Part shown: piece by piece, positions 12,501 to 23,500 of the stretch
Position numbering within the stretch: the first letter of the stretch is position 1
How the letters are laid out: each line of letters opens with the position of its first letter
From: Klebsormidium nitens
Taxonomy: Eukaryota > Plantae > Klebsormidiophyceae
DNA length: 64,000 nucleotides
Reading direction: 5' to 3'
NCBI GenBank assembly: GCA_000708835.1
Contig: DF237191.1
Location: 1-64,000, forward strand
The notes under the pieces: model-generated
Databases searched by the model: none
Seen by the model: the letters and a program-made list of their open reading frames with translations, nothing else
Told to the model about the DNA's origin: nothing
Position numbers and translations under genes: made by a program

Positions 12501-12856
12501 CAGCCGAGAGTATGATGTTTGCTCTAAAACCCTTTGCCTTACCAATCTCTGACAGATACTGACGCGGTATTGCTGTGTTATTGTGATGCCAATTGTTTGG
12601 TAGGTGCAGCAGCTTCTGGGCCCGTCAATCCAGTCGGAGTGGTAGCAGCGAGAAGCTGCTAAAGGTTAGGCCACGATTTGAGCTAACCCGATCTTATCTA
12701 CTCTGCTTTCAGGGCATCTCCGTTCGGTTCCCGCGCTTCATCCGGCTTCGGGAGGACAAGAAGCCAGAGTCGGCAACGTCATCGGAGCAGATTGCGGAAA
12801 TGTACCGTAGTCAAAAGATCAACCATGTGGGACAGGCTGGCGATGAGGACGACTAG
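534..12856 (+). CDS. LIG1: DNA ligase I (ATP-dependent), 17 exons, long acidic/basic N-terminal region
   Basis: Exons (all GT-AG, phases consistent): 534 or 795-1679, 2227-2281, 2480-2641, 3112-3341, 3799-3915, 4254-4355, 4993-5109, 5350-5580, 6248-6342, 7465-7552, 9187-9431, 9891-9992, 10615-10748, 11228-11301, 11697-11759, 12079-12156, 12713-12856 (TAG). From ATG 795 the spliced length is 2922 nt (973 aa). Motifs: PIP box [11 protein letters not shown]-binding-domain GDLG and [11 protein letters not shown], motif I EYKYDGER (catalytic Lys 5557-5559), [33 protein letters not shown]-fold [31 protein letters not shown]. Start codon uncertain (in-frame ATGs at 426, 492, 534, 795). Confidence 0.97.
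3613..3757 (+). repeat. Intronic 41-bp direct repeat (2 copies)
   Basis: 3613-3653 versus 3717-3757, 37/41 identical. Confidence 0.85.
4156..4183. repeat. (ATCTTT)n microsatellite
   Basis: About 4.5 tandem copies in a LIG1 intron. Confidence 0.85.
5689..5735 (+). repeat. Intronic echo of the 3' end and donor of the LIG1 active-site exon
   Basis: ttcacgtgcgtgtataagtttgacggggagcgggcgcag|gtgagg ([13 protein letters not shown]) versus the true exon ttcacgtgcgagtacaagtacgacggggagcgggcgcag|gtaaag ([13 protein letters not shown]); offset 149 nt. Confidence 0.92.
6487..7246. other. Assembly gap (N run) inside a LIG1 intron
   Basis: Ns from 6487 to 7246. Both flanks read TGTTAG. The flanking exons join in phase (AA|G TAC), so no coding sequence appears to be missing. 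Confidence 0.95.
7840..8390 (+). repeat. Tandem ladder of partial copies (acceptor plus 5' part) of LIG1 exon 11
   Basis: Copies of [25 protein letters not shown]... start at 7840 (very degenerate, CAG changed to CAA), 7990 (tag|), 8175 (cag|, 1-nt insertion) and 8356 (cag|, runs into the gap). The true exon starts at 9187. Confidence 0.93.
8391..9184. other. Assembly gap (N run) within the LIG1 exon-11 repeat ladder
   Basis: Ns from 8391 to 9184. Bases 8354-8390 are identical to 9185-9221. Confidence 0.95.
10086..10134 (+). repeat. Degenerate echo of the 3' end, donor and intron start of LIG1 exon 12
   Basis: tcaagctcgaaaagggtgattggacac|gtaagcttttccgcagcagctt versus tcaagctgaaaaaggactacatggacac|gtgagcctctgtgcagcagctt; donor offset 121 nt. 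Confidence 0.75.
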
Positions 12857-12990
12857 CTCTCGTTAAAGAGAGGGTTCGAAGCCGCATGGCGCGCAAAATA
12901 AGTCTCACATGGATATACCATGTCCTTGCGGTTGTTGCGGTGCCCGTGCGACGCTGAGACTGAATACCGGAATAAATGACGTGTTTACAT

Positions 12991-13032
12991 CCATCTTACT
13001 GCCCGGGACTCCCATCTTACTGCCCGGGACTC
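12991..13032. repeat. Perfect 21-bp tandem duplication downstream of the LIG1 stop
   Basis: ccatcttactgcccgggactc x2. Confidence 0.92.
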
Positions 13033-14412
13033 TCTTTGATGAAATGCACGGCGTATGCAGTGACATACAGGGCCCAGGTGGCAACATCTAGCATCTGAGG
13101 TATATCTGTGGAATTGCACATGCGTCTTTTGCTGGCATGTTTTAAGTTTACTTACACGGCCCCTGCTTTAAACATTTGCAGAGAATTTTCGATCAAGATT
13201 CTTATAAACTACTGAAACATCAGAAAGTGCTGATCCTATATAGACGGCCTCGATTTCGGGGATGCTCTCGGCAGAAGTCAAACACATGAGAAAGTCACAT
13301 TTGTGTCGAATGACTGCCATGCATGTGAACGAAACATATCGAATCGTGATTTCCTGGACAGCTGCATATATGTACCGCTTGATAATGATGACAATACGTG
13401 TCATGCGCGGATGATTGCAAGTCGAGTGACCTAGTCGAATACAGGTGCGCATGCGTCAGTACGTACGTCGTGCATGCATGTAGCTTAGATTATTGAATGC
13501 TGCAAAGAACTTCTAGCTTACGACCCACTGACTGAGTGTGCTGAAGCTGAGCGGTCGTTGCAAGATCCGATTCGATGATACACATGGGCACTTGATTCTC
13601 AATTAGCGCCTGGCATGAGGGAGACCGAACTAGAATAAGCACTGGCATGATATGGAGACCGCGAAGAATCTGTTATTGGGCGGTCCAACCCGTTGGTAGA
13701 TGCCAGTGGAGTGAAAAGTGATTGAAGCAATGCGTCCATAGACCGGCCTGAACTAAGCTAGAGACCGTCCTAGAAAAGAGCCAGGTCTTTTGTCATGTGC
13801 GTGCACAAATCAGAATCTGGAAACCGTAGAGTATCTTGTCTAAGTTTTGCGGTTGCCGGAGGTCAGCTGTAGCTAGAGCATTGCCGCGCGCAGCTAGCCA
13901 AACTATCTCAAGCGAGCGAATTGTGACGACGTCTTGCACTCGAGTGTAGTGAGTCCTTATACACAATCGTGTGCTTGCAGTAGTTTGCTTGGCTCAACTT
14001 ACAACCTACCTGACTCGATGAATCGACACGTATATAAGTCGCGCAAGTACCCTTTGTACCAGTCTGTACCAATCGGGTCTACTCGGTGCATGCGTCTATA
14101 GTAGTCTTAGGTCGACTGAGTCCTTTGAATGATCGGTAGACCTTTCGGTCCTTCTACTTCTGTTACGGCGTGAAAAACAACCTTCCTTCCGTGAAGCATA
14201 TCAATTTTCTACATAAGCTTACGCAACTACGTATACCGCTGCGTCTAATTCCTTGTTCCTCCCAAACCTCGCCTCACCCCCTTGCCCTGCGGGGCTGCAT
14301 CGCTCAAGATCTACCACATCCGCATCTTTACCGATATCATCCTCTCCCGGCTCCGGATGGCTTCGCTCGCGCGTGCTGAACGCGCGATTGTGCGCGATCG
14401 TGAATTGGCGGC

Positions 14413-17400
14413 TCAGAGTGTACTTCTTGCCGTGCTGCTGAAGCGCTTCTTCAGCCTTCGCTGGAAGTTGCGTGCGGCGGGCGACCGCGTCAGTATAGCG
14501 GACAGAATGCGTTCGGTGGCCGCCACCAGGATGCCGAGACCGATCGCCGCGAAGAGAATGTACCACAGTCCGGCAAAGTCGCTTATGCCAAGCGCCAGGT
14601 TGGATACCTGGACGTAAGAGACGGGTTAGGAAGCGTTACAAAAGTACGGCAGAGCTTCCGGTTCATCCATTTGCACAAATCAGCATCATCAATGACCAGA
14701 CGTGCATGCAGTTGGCTGACTTTTAATCGAGCGCCCTTACAAAACCCACTCAGAGTGCTTGTCGAAAGTGCTTCCTTCCGCAAGTGCGTCAAACACACTC
14801 GCACTTCGTCACACCACCTCTTTGTGAATCCCGAATGCTAACATCCCGCATTCTTGTTACTTTCTTCGTGATAACATAAGCACGGCAGGCAGATTAGGGC
14901 AGATTAAAGCATAAGCGCATGGATTCGTGCGGCTGCACTCGCTTGGGAGATTTTACAGGAGTCGCTTTTGAAGGGTCTGCACATCTCTAGCTGCTTACCT
15001 GGACGTCTTTGCAGACGCTTTGATCGTCGATCCACCGCCTTTGGACCTGGTTCAGAAGCCCGGATTCGCTCAGCTGCAACAGGCCCCTGTTCACAATGCT
15101 AGTGTAACTGGAGTTCTTTGGCAGAGCGAAGCAGTACAGCCCTGTAACAGACGAGTCAACAATTGTTTCGCGACCTTTGCTTCAGTGAGAAAGTTGACGG
15201 GCTTGATCAGAGTTGATAATGACCTTAAAATATCTGATGGGAAGCCCTCAGATTGTTGAACAATACCAAGCAATCAACATGCGACGCAGTTTCCTGTGAG
15301 GCTTGACATTCGAGCAACCACTCTGTCAATCGTTTTTGAGTCGGGCAACCACGGCGTTCAAGGCGGATGTCAAAAATGTGCGCAAATATAAGGGGATAAA
15401 AACTAGGCTGTACGAGATGATCAGGACAGACAAAAGCGACACAATCGGATCAGTAGTCGTAATACGACCAAGGTTCACGAGGCATTTTGAAGTCGAGGGT
15501 ATCGAATCAGCAGCAAGGACCCGTCTCTTCCTTCTAGTGTCCCAGAAAAGACAATCCTATCGGATCGAGGGTCTGACAATGATCGCTCGCGGAACTGCAA
15601 AGCGGACTCTGAAGTAACATGGCGAGCGACGATACCTGGCAGTTCAGGCGAGGGCGTCGCCAGCATCGCCGCCCCCACAAATTCTCCCTTTTATATTCAT
15701 TAGGACTTTTTGCCCAGAAACGCTTCGCAGAGTCGAAACTCCGAGACTGTGCCTCCGAACGAAGACGTACCGGGTCCGATCACCGGTCCCACAACTTCCA
15801 GGTTGCACGGCGCCTGGCCAGCTGCGTAGAGTACCACCGGGAGCTGAGCGAAGTAAGCAGTCACCGCCCCAGATTGGACTACCGCCAAAGACTGCGCTTG
15901 GCCGATGGCGGTCTGGAGATATGCAGAGAAAGGTTCAGCAGGACGTCTCGCAGAGAGAAAGATGATCCGTCGCCACCTAGAGAATGCAGCGCGAATGAAT
16001 AAATAGGACAGAAGCGGCTGACTTCAAATCAATGGTAGCCGAGTTCTTCGTCTGAAGCCCTCGGCAGCGCAGTCTTGTCATGAGATAGAATGGGATGCAT
16101 CGGCTTTAGATCTTCCCAAATCTCAACTTCAGTTCGTCTCAAGTGAAAAAGGGGTCCCAAATCGAGGTGCCTATAAAGTGGTGAAAAGTCGAGGCGCCTA
16201 CAAAATGGCAAAACCCGAGGATTAGAATGCTTGAAAAATGTTCAGCAGAAGCCTCGTTTGCTCGTTTGGTCGATATGCTTGTTTTCAGGACGACAGAACT
16301 TGGGTATCTTGAGCTGAAAATGTGTTTGCCCAGCTCTTGTGGGGTACCAAGTCTCACGAGCTAACATCATTCTCGACTACGATTAAGCCAAACTTCGAAG
16401 GATGGAGCGTTTATGCCTGAGAGCGGGCTGGTGTTGTCAGGAGAAAATAACACTCTGGAAGCACTCAGGCTGACCCTCTCGTCTCCACAGCTACTCTTGT
16501 GAGCGCGGGGAATGAGAGTCAGCTTGAAAAACTGAGAAAACATAATGGGGTAAAAAGCTGCGTTGCGCCGAGTCGCTTGTGCGAGAAGGGAAGGGAACAG
16601 ACAGCTTTGAACAGGAAATCTACCGGGCTCCCGCCGGACTCACAAGAGAAGGGGCCCTGCCAAATCACCTGAAGCAGGCCTTGGACCGCCAAAACATTCG
16701 GGTCCACGCTGTTCCGGAAATAAGACAAGTCCGCGCCCCCAGAGTTCACGATGAAAGGCAGGTTGTCTCGCCTCAGGTCCACAAGACTACTGGCCACAGA
16801 TGTCGTTGCATTGACCGTCAGAACGCTCGCTAGGTTTGCCGTGAACGCGGCAATCACGATCATCATAAACGCGTAGAAGACGAGGCTTGGAATTCGGATG
16901 GACCAGCTAGAGCTGCCGGGCATTGGAGCGTTCAGCATGGTAGCCTGGATATAAAAAGAAGGAACAGAAAAGAAGCGAGTAGGTAATCTGAGCTGCTAGC
17001 TTTTCTGGTATTCCTTCTTTTTCTTTTCACCCCCCAGCACGACAGAGGCTTCGAAAGAGGCTGTATGATAGACATTCTCAGCATTTGCAGAAGCATGCAG
17101 TGAAGAAACAAAACTTCGTAAATCAATTGGTACTCACCATTAAGGCGTCCACCAAGAAGGAGCCGTTCTCTGCACAGTCCAGAGAAGACTTTGCTTCAGG
17201 GCATGGCGAGCTTAGTGCGAAGCACCCAATTAACAAATGACTAAGCTGCAGTTCGACCAAGTTCTGTTGTCTGTCTGCAACGGATTTTCCAAAACTCCAT
17301 GCACTCTTGGATGCTAAGCAGAAAATGTTGGCAATCACTGCTACTGCATGGGAGTAGTGAACAGGAAAAAGCAAATCTTGAAGGCAAACGCTCATACACC

Positions 17401-19262
17401 AAGCAATTAAGACCAGCGATCGGATGCGAAGCGCTCCGGCTCGAATGCAAGGGACTCAGAGGACTTGTGCATGGGCTTAGGAATATACATTCGTAAAACA
17501 ACCTTTTGCGCTTCAAGCTGGCTAGACAAATCGATGCAAGCCCTTGAGCGATGTTCGCCACTCCCGTTTATCTTGCAGATTTGACTTGCAGAAAGTTTGA
17601 GGAGGGAATCTGGTGCAGGTCAACAGTGAGGACTAGGAGCACCTTTGTGACGACGAGTGCTTACTGTCCTCAATGACGAACTTTGTGGCTGGCTGGTCTT
17701 TCGCCGACACGTTTCGGATCTTTTTCTCTTGGTAGCAGCCGTATGGTGATAGAAACGATATTAGGTAGAGCACAACAGTGATCCCAATGACGGTGAATAT
17801 AAGGGCCACCCAAAGGCTTGTTTGGAACGGCTGGAGGAAAGTCGTGACCCCATGACCAGATGCAGGCTGCGAAGCACGGTAGCAAAGAGCCGAGCAATTT
17901 AGACGTAGACGTGATGTCGAAAATGCAGAAAGCCTAAGGCCGGAAAGTCCCCATTTTGATATCGTTTTGTTTATAGAAGCATCCAAGTCGATGTTTACGA
18001 TTGTTAGCGGAAGCAGCACAAGCATTGAGCTGACTCCCTATCAGTCGCATCAATTTCAGTCTTTGAACAAAGCTTGCATTAGAAGGTGCATGGCAAGCAG
18101 ATACTACACGAGTCACCTGCAACAGAATACCCATATCGAGAACATACCAGCTTCTTCACAAGCATCCCCAAGCCTCCAGTATAGAAGGGGTAACTCATGT
18201 CGATTACGTCTGTGCGCCCAGGGGACAATGTAAGAGGGAAGGCCGCAATATCCGCATTGCCTTTTGTGATCTCGCCAATAATACCTGCAGGTGAGTGAGT
18301 GTTCTGATAAGCATTCCACAAATGCCTTAAGGCAGCACAACTGAAATTCATGTGGATTGAACCTCACTGTCTGCTTGCCCGTCGTCTTAAGCGCTTAACA
18401 GGTGGAATATATACCAGCGAACGGGTTCAGTTGAGATAATGGAAAGAGCTGACGGAAGCTGAGTCTTAGACGAACTTGACAGAAAGGGGCACTTTGACAG
18501 GCTGAAAGTCCAGATCCTAAGACACAGGGTCAAGGAGATTGAAGCCTTCAAAAGCATGTATGCCATTCAGGCACAAACGCACTTTTTAAGCAGAGAGAGG
18601 CAACAATCGTCCCAGACTGTCAAAGTTAAAGATTAGCAAGTTCCTATTGGCTGTTGACTCCTTTGAAGCTCGCATAGCGCAACTCATGGAAGAGCTGGTC
18701 TGGAAAGAAGTCATCAGCAGGAAAGATTCAGTACAGAAGCAGTGAGCACTGTTTGGAGTGGTTCCGCGGTTCGATTGCAGAAAGAGATCGAGCAAACGCT
18801 CCTGCACTCTGAACCCTTGGATGGACAGCGAGCTTGAAAACTGCTTCAAGTCCAAGGCATGAGTACCTTTGCAGAAAGGTACTCATATGCTGGACTTTTC
18901 ACACCCTTAATCAGTGTTATAAGTTATCTGATAAGTGTAACAAGCTCTGCGCACAAGTGACTCCAATTCCATCAGTCTAGCATGTACTGACTCAATGGTT
19001 TCATGTTAGACTAGAAGTCAGCAGAAAGGCACTTCTCACCTGTCCAGCTGCCATTTACAAGAGAACCTCCCTCATCAGTCGGCGCCTTATAATAGGAGAA
19101 GCTGGCGTCGGTCTTGGCAGCGTTGAATACCATCGGCAGCAAGTCTACCAGCATGCCGTACCATTCTGTTGCCTTTGAGTTGTTTGCCGCGTACTCATTA
19201 TGGAAGACATAAGGGGGCCGGTTGCTGGTGACCACCCTCAGTACAGGCAACCCGAACACCAT
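14413..19262 (-). CDS. GLR: Ionotropic glutamate receptor-like channel, short form (S1-M1-P-M3-S2-M4), about 449 aa, 8 exons
   Basis: Exons (minus): 19262-19040, 18284-18148, 17866-17665, 17169-17138, 16944-16669, 15912-15771, 15141-14999, 14607-14413 (TGA); total 1350 nt. Motifs: LRVVTSNRPPYVF, YGMLVDLL, NGSWTGIIGEI, DIAAFPLTLSPGRTDVIDMSYPF, M1 FLQPFQTSLWVALI, M3 IVIAAFTANLASVLTV, S2 YCFALPKNS...LSESGLLNQVQRRW...C, M4 LGISDFAGLWYILF. The start is uncertain, but there is an in-frame TGA two codons upstream of ATG 19262. Confidence 0.9.
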
Positions 19263-20573
19263 TGTTCAGATTGCTTGCTGTCCGGAATAGATTTGATCTG
19301 GTTGCTGCAAGTTGGTGAAGCGGGCCGCAAATCAGGTGACGTAAGAGGACTGATAGAGTTGCTGGCGCAGTAGCAAAAGAATGGGGACTGCATCCTTCCC
19401 TTCAGCAGCCGCCTCCACCAGCCTTGTGATTACTTGTGCGCCAATCCTGTTTCTCAGCAACATCCTGCAGGTGTCAGGTGACAATACTTTAAGTGTCAGT
19501 ATAGGGGCGCTCAGGGGAAATGTGACCAAAATGACACGAACCTACAGACTTAACGCGTTTTTACTTTGCCATTGGTCGCCGCTTTCGTCACCATTCAACA
19601 GAGACAATCCTATCAGCTCTTCCAAGTTCCAATCAATGACTCAACTGAATTCAGAATCCTACTTCAAAAGTCATATCATGCATGTGCAAATGACGTGCAT
19701 TGCGAATTGTACAGGGTTACATGCTACAATGTACAGGTCGAGGCTCGAGCAGAGTTCCGTACAGATGACTTCATAACTTATCTTACACCGCCCTGGCAGT
19801 AAATGCTCGGCATACGCTCTTACGTCGATCGTGAGCGACCATCATAGCTCACAAGGGGCACAAACTGTCGCCCTAAACAGCTCGTGGGCTCTCCGGAAGA
19901 TGGCCACGTGCTACACGGCTCGTGCATATGCAATTCTAAATTCAGACCGTTTACTTGGAACGTGTACAGTGCATGAATGCGCACTGCTCTGCACTGCACA
20001 GCCGTGAGTCGGGAGTTGGGACTCGGGACAGTGTGCCTGAGACACATTAGGCCGTCAAAGACCATGACTCAAAACTAAGCATCGCATCCCGAATCAGGAG
20101 ATAGTCAGAAGCGAAGCGGCTATCATTGTCGTGCCATGTGATATGTGCCACATCAGCCGGGCTGGACCAGAACCCGTATACTATAAGTATCATCGTACGT
20201 GGCAGAATCGGACATGTTTTGAAGAAGCCTGGCAAGCAAGCAATTGTCTACCTACATGGCGTGCCAAAAGTTGAGCGAAAACATTCTGGAAAACTCAGAC
20301 TCGGTTTGACCCTCAGTCACGGGAATTGATGAATCGACCACAAAACCGGCCGCCACGCATAACGATGCATGATCAATACGTCACACTTCGACACTCCACA
20401 AACAAACAAGGAAGCCGCCAAGTGCCCGCTGCCATTCCCGGCCCACAACCCACTCAGAGCTACGTGTGAAAGAGAACATCTGGCCCACGCAGCACTTCTG
20501 AAACACTTGTTCCACATTCGACCCGTCTAGCACTCACGACTGTGCTATCCTGTCAGCCCAGCCAGCCCAGTAA

Positions 20574-23500
20574 TTACGACGCAAAGTCTGCAAGCGCGAG
20601 CCGTCGCTCGCTGGAATTGCTGACCGTCGCGTCTCGTACCACTTGCTTCATGGTGTCCCGCTCTAGTTCCGTCGTCACAAGGACCTCCTGGACTTCTACA
20701 CCCACGCGCGCCAACAGTCGATAACCGTTGTCCACTTTTTCCGACAAAAAGATCTGCAATAGACAGGTCCTCATGAATCCAGCTTTCAAGGGTTAAAGTT
20801 GCAAATGCTCGTTTCCCTGAGAAGATGCAAGGTCTGTACCACAAAGCTCACACGGCTCGCTTATGACACTTTTGCATCGCCTCTCCAACGTATGCCGTAA
20901 AGGCTGACCGACCACGACAATCAGCTAAAGAGCCGACGCACCATTTTGCATGAGGTCTTTTGAAAGAGCCGGCATAAGACGAGCAATGATGTGAGACCAA
21001 AGGACATGATTGAGAGTGACGTTGCCACGGTTCATCATGACAGTGCAGGCAATCCGCGAATTGCTTGGACGTGCAGTTCTACGACGGCAGCAAGTCGAGA
21101 TCGTTCAACAAAGACGGCATGGCAGACAACCATCAGCACAAGAGGCCTGGAGTTCCGAGGCATGAGTCGTCTGCGCATGCTCAACTGAAAACCTAAATCT
21201 TCCAAGAGCCTCCTGGACTTCTCGTCAAGTTACCCAAAAAGGCGAACTCCATGTGTCTCTCAGAGATCCAATTCTGGCATGGCCTTTTCATTTCACAGAA
21301 GCACGGCCTCACCTGGAACGACGGCGCGAAAGCAGTCCCCCGGAACCGGCGTCCCAAGCGCACCTCGCCGACCCCCGGGGCCGCCTTCAGCAGTGCGATG
21401 ACGTCACCCAGCTCCGGCATCTCTGTCAGGATGCTCTCCTCGCCCTCAGCGGGCGCGCGCTCCACCAGCGAGTCCAGCGTCTCGGTCAGGGGGTCCGGCT
21501 GGGAAGAGGAGATGACGTCAGTGCAAGGAACGGTACATGCTGAAATGACGTCATTCAGACGTCATTCAGGGGAAATTGGACACAGGAAGAGATTTTCGCA
21601 ATCAACCAGCGAGTCCGTCCAGCATCTCAGTCGGGGGGTCCGGCTGGGGAGAGGAAATGACGTCACCGAGGGAGACCGACATGCTGGAGTGTCATCCTTC
21701 AGAGGGAACTGGGCGGACTAAGGTACCGTTAAAACGGCTGTGCAAGAAACGAGCAACATGATTTGATGAGGGGTGAAAGACTGGGGTGACGTGAGTCAGA
21801 GGGTCTCGACTGGAGGACAGCCCTAGTCAGAGGGGTTTCCTTAGAGGACGTGAGCTCACAGCATTAGAGCAGACAGGCTGACGAGACTCTGCGGCGAAAT
21901 CCTTCGACAGATTCAGCTACACCAAAATCCAGCTGCAAACGCAACCTTAGCCAAACATTTTGACTCCCAGAATCCCAATCCTAGAGGCCCAATCTCGCAA
22001 GGCCCCAAGATTCTGAAAGCCCACCTGCGAAGGCGTAAAGAGAGCAATTGACGCGAGCGAGCGCCCAATCAACCTCAACCACAACGGCTTTCACCTTCTG
22101 GTTGCCAGCAACTCCGGCGCAAAACTCTGCCCCTCCTGAAACACAGGTGATCCGAATCCCCCGCAATCAAACGCCAGGGCCATGGAGGCCCAGTAAGCTA
22201 AAAGGTTCTCATCATACTCACCTGCAACCGTTTCAGAGAGCAGTTGACCCGCCCAATTGCGCGGTCGACCCCCACCACAACGGCTTCCACTTCTTGGTTG
22301 GATTGCAGCAGCTCCCCCGGGTGCTTCGGCTGGACCCATGCCAGCTCCGACTTGTGGATCAGGCACGACGCGCCGTCCACTTCGATGAACGCACCGTACT
22401 TCATGATCGCCTTGACAGTGCCGCGCACAATGTCGCCGATCTTGATGCGCGCCTAAAACGAGTTGAGATACAGGTTTAGTATCTGGTTTCAGTGGTTAGC
22501 AGTGTAGCTGCAAGGTTGCGGAGGTTTTGGGTTTGTGATTTCGTGGACAGATGAACCGAACTTCAGAATCGGTGTCACGGTGCCGCGCACAACGTCGCCG
22601 ATCTTGATGCGCGCCTGTAAAAGAACGGGTACGAGCTCGGAATTTGCACTGAACTTTCAGCCATCTGCGTTCTGGATCTTGCGTTTGTGGCACTAGAAGA
22701 GAATCCGCCGTACTTCATGATTGCCTCCAGGGTCCTGCACACAACGATGCCAATCGTGATGTGCGCCTGGACGGGGGAAAGATACAAGCTCGGATGTTGG
22801 CAGAAACCAAACGATCAGGGGAACAACCAATGTCTGCTTTTAGCAATCTGAAACGAGTGCGGCATAGTCGAACCGCCTTCACGCTGTAGCGCACAACGTC
22901 GCCGATCTTGTGCGCGCCTGGACATGAGGAGTCGTACATTTGGAATGCTTTGAATGTTTACCTTCAGGACCTCGAAGCTTTTGCGTTCTTGACTTAACTG
23001 CACGTGCGCTGTGCTGCATGATCGCCTTCACATTACCGAGCACCATGTCGGGCAATCTGGAAGCGCGCACGGATGTTAACGGTTACGAGCCCAAAACCTC
23101 GTCCACAAGTGATACGGTTCTCTAAACCTGGAACATGCGGACTTTGTTGCAGTTCTGTTAAGAGCACCCGTATTGGGTGCCGGCCTTTGAACGCTGCACT
23201 GCACAATGTGGTCCCTTCTCATGGGCGGCTGCAGTCAAAAGGAAAATGCCTTCGATATTAAGCTGCATCTAGCTGATGAAAACTCGGAGAAAAGCAACTT
23301 GTCGTCAGCAAAACTTTTATGAAGCGCAAGGAACTTGGTGAGAAAAGGAACAACTTTGGTGGGTACTCACCAGCAGCTTGCTCATGGCCTCCTCGTGGCC
23401 CTCCTTCCAGAGGATCGATCGTTCCGAAAAGATGAGCTTCTTCTGCGCCCTGTCGGCGACGATGATCTTCACGGTCAGCCTGCAAGCGAAGCGGAATCGA

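Noticed and set aside
22452-23235. CRISPR-like array (regularly spaced repeats with variable spacers)
   Set aside because: The repeats are degenerate copies of a protein-coding exon start in a spliceosomal intron. They are not identical, the context is eukaryotic, and no cas genes were seen.
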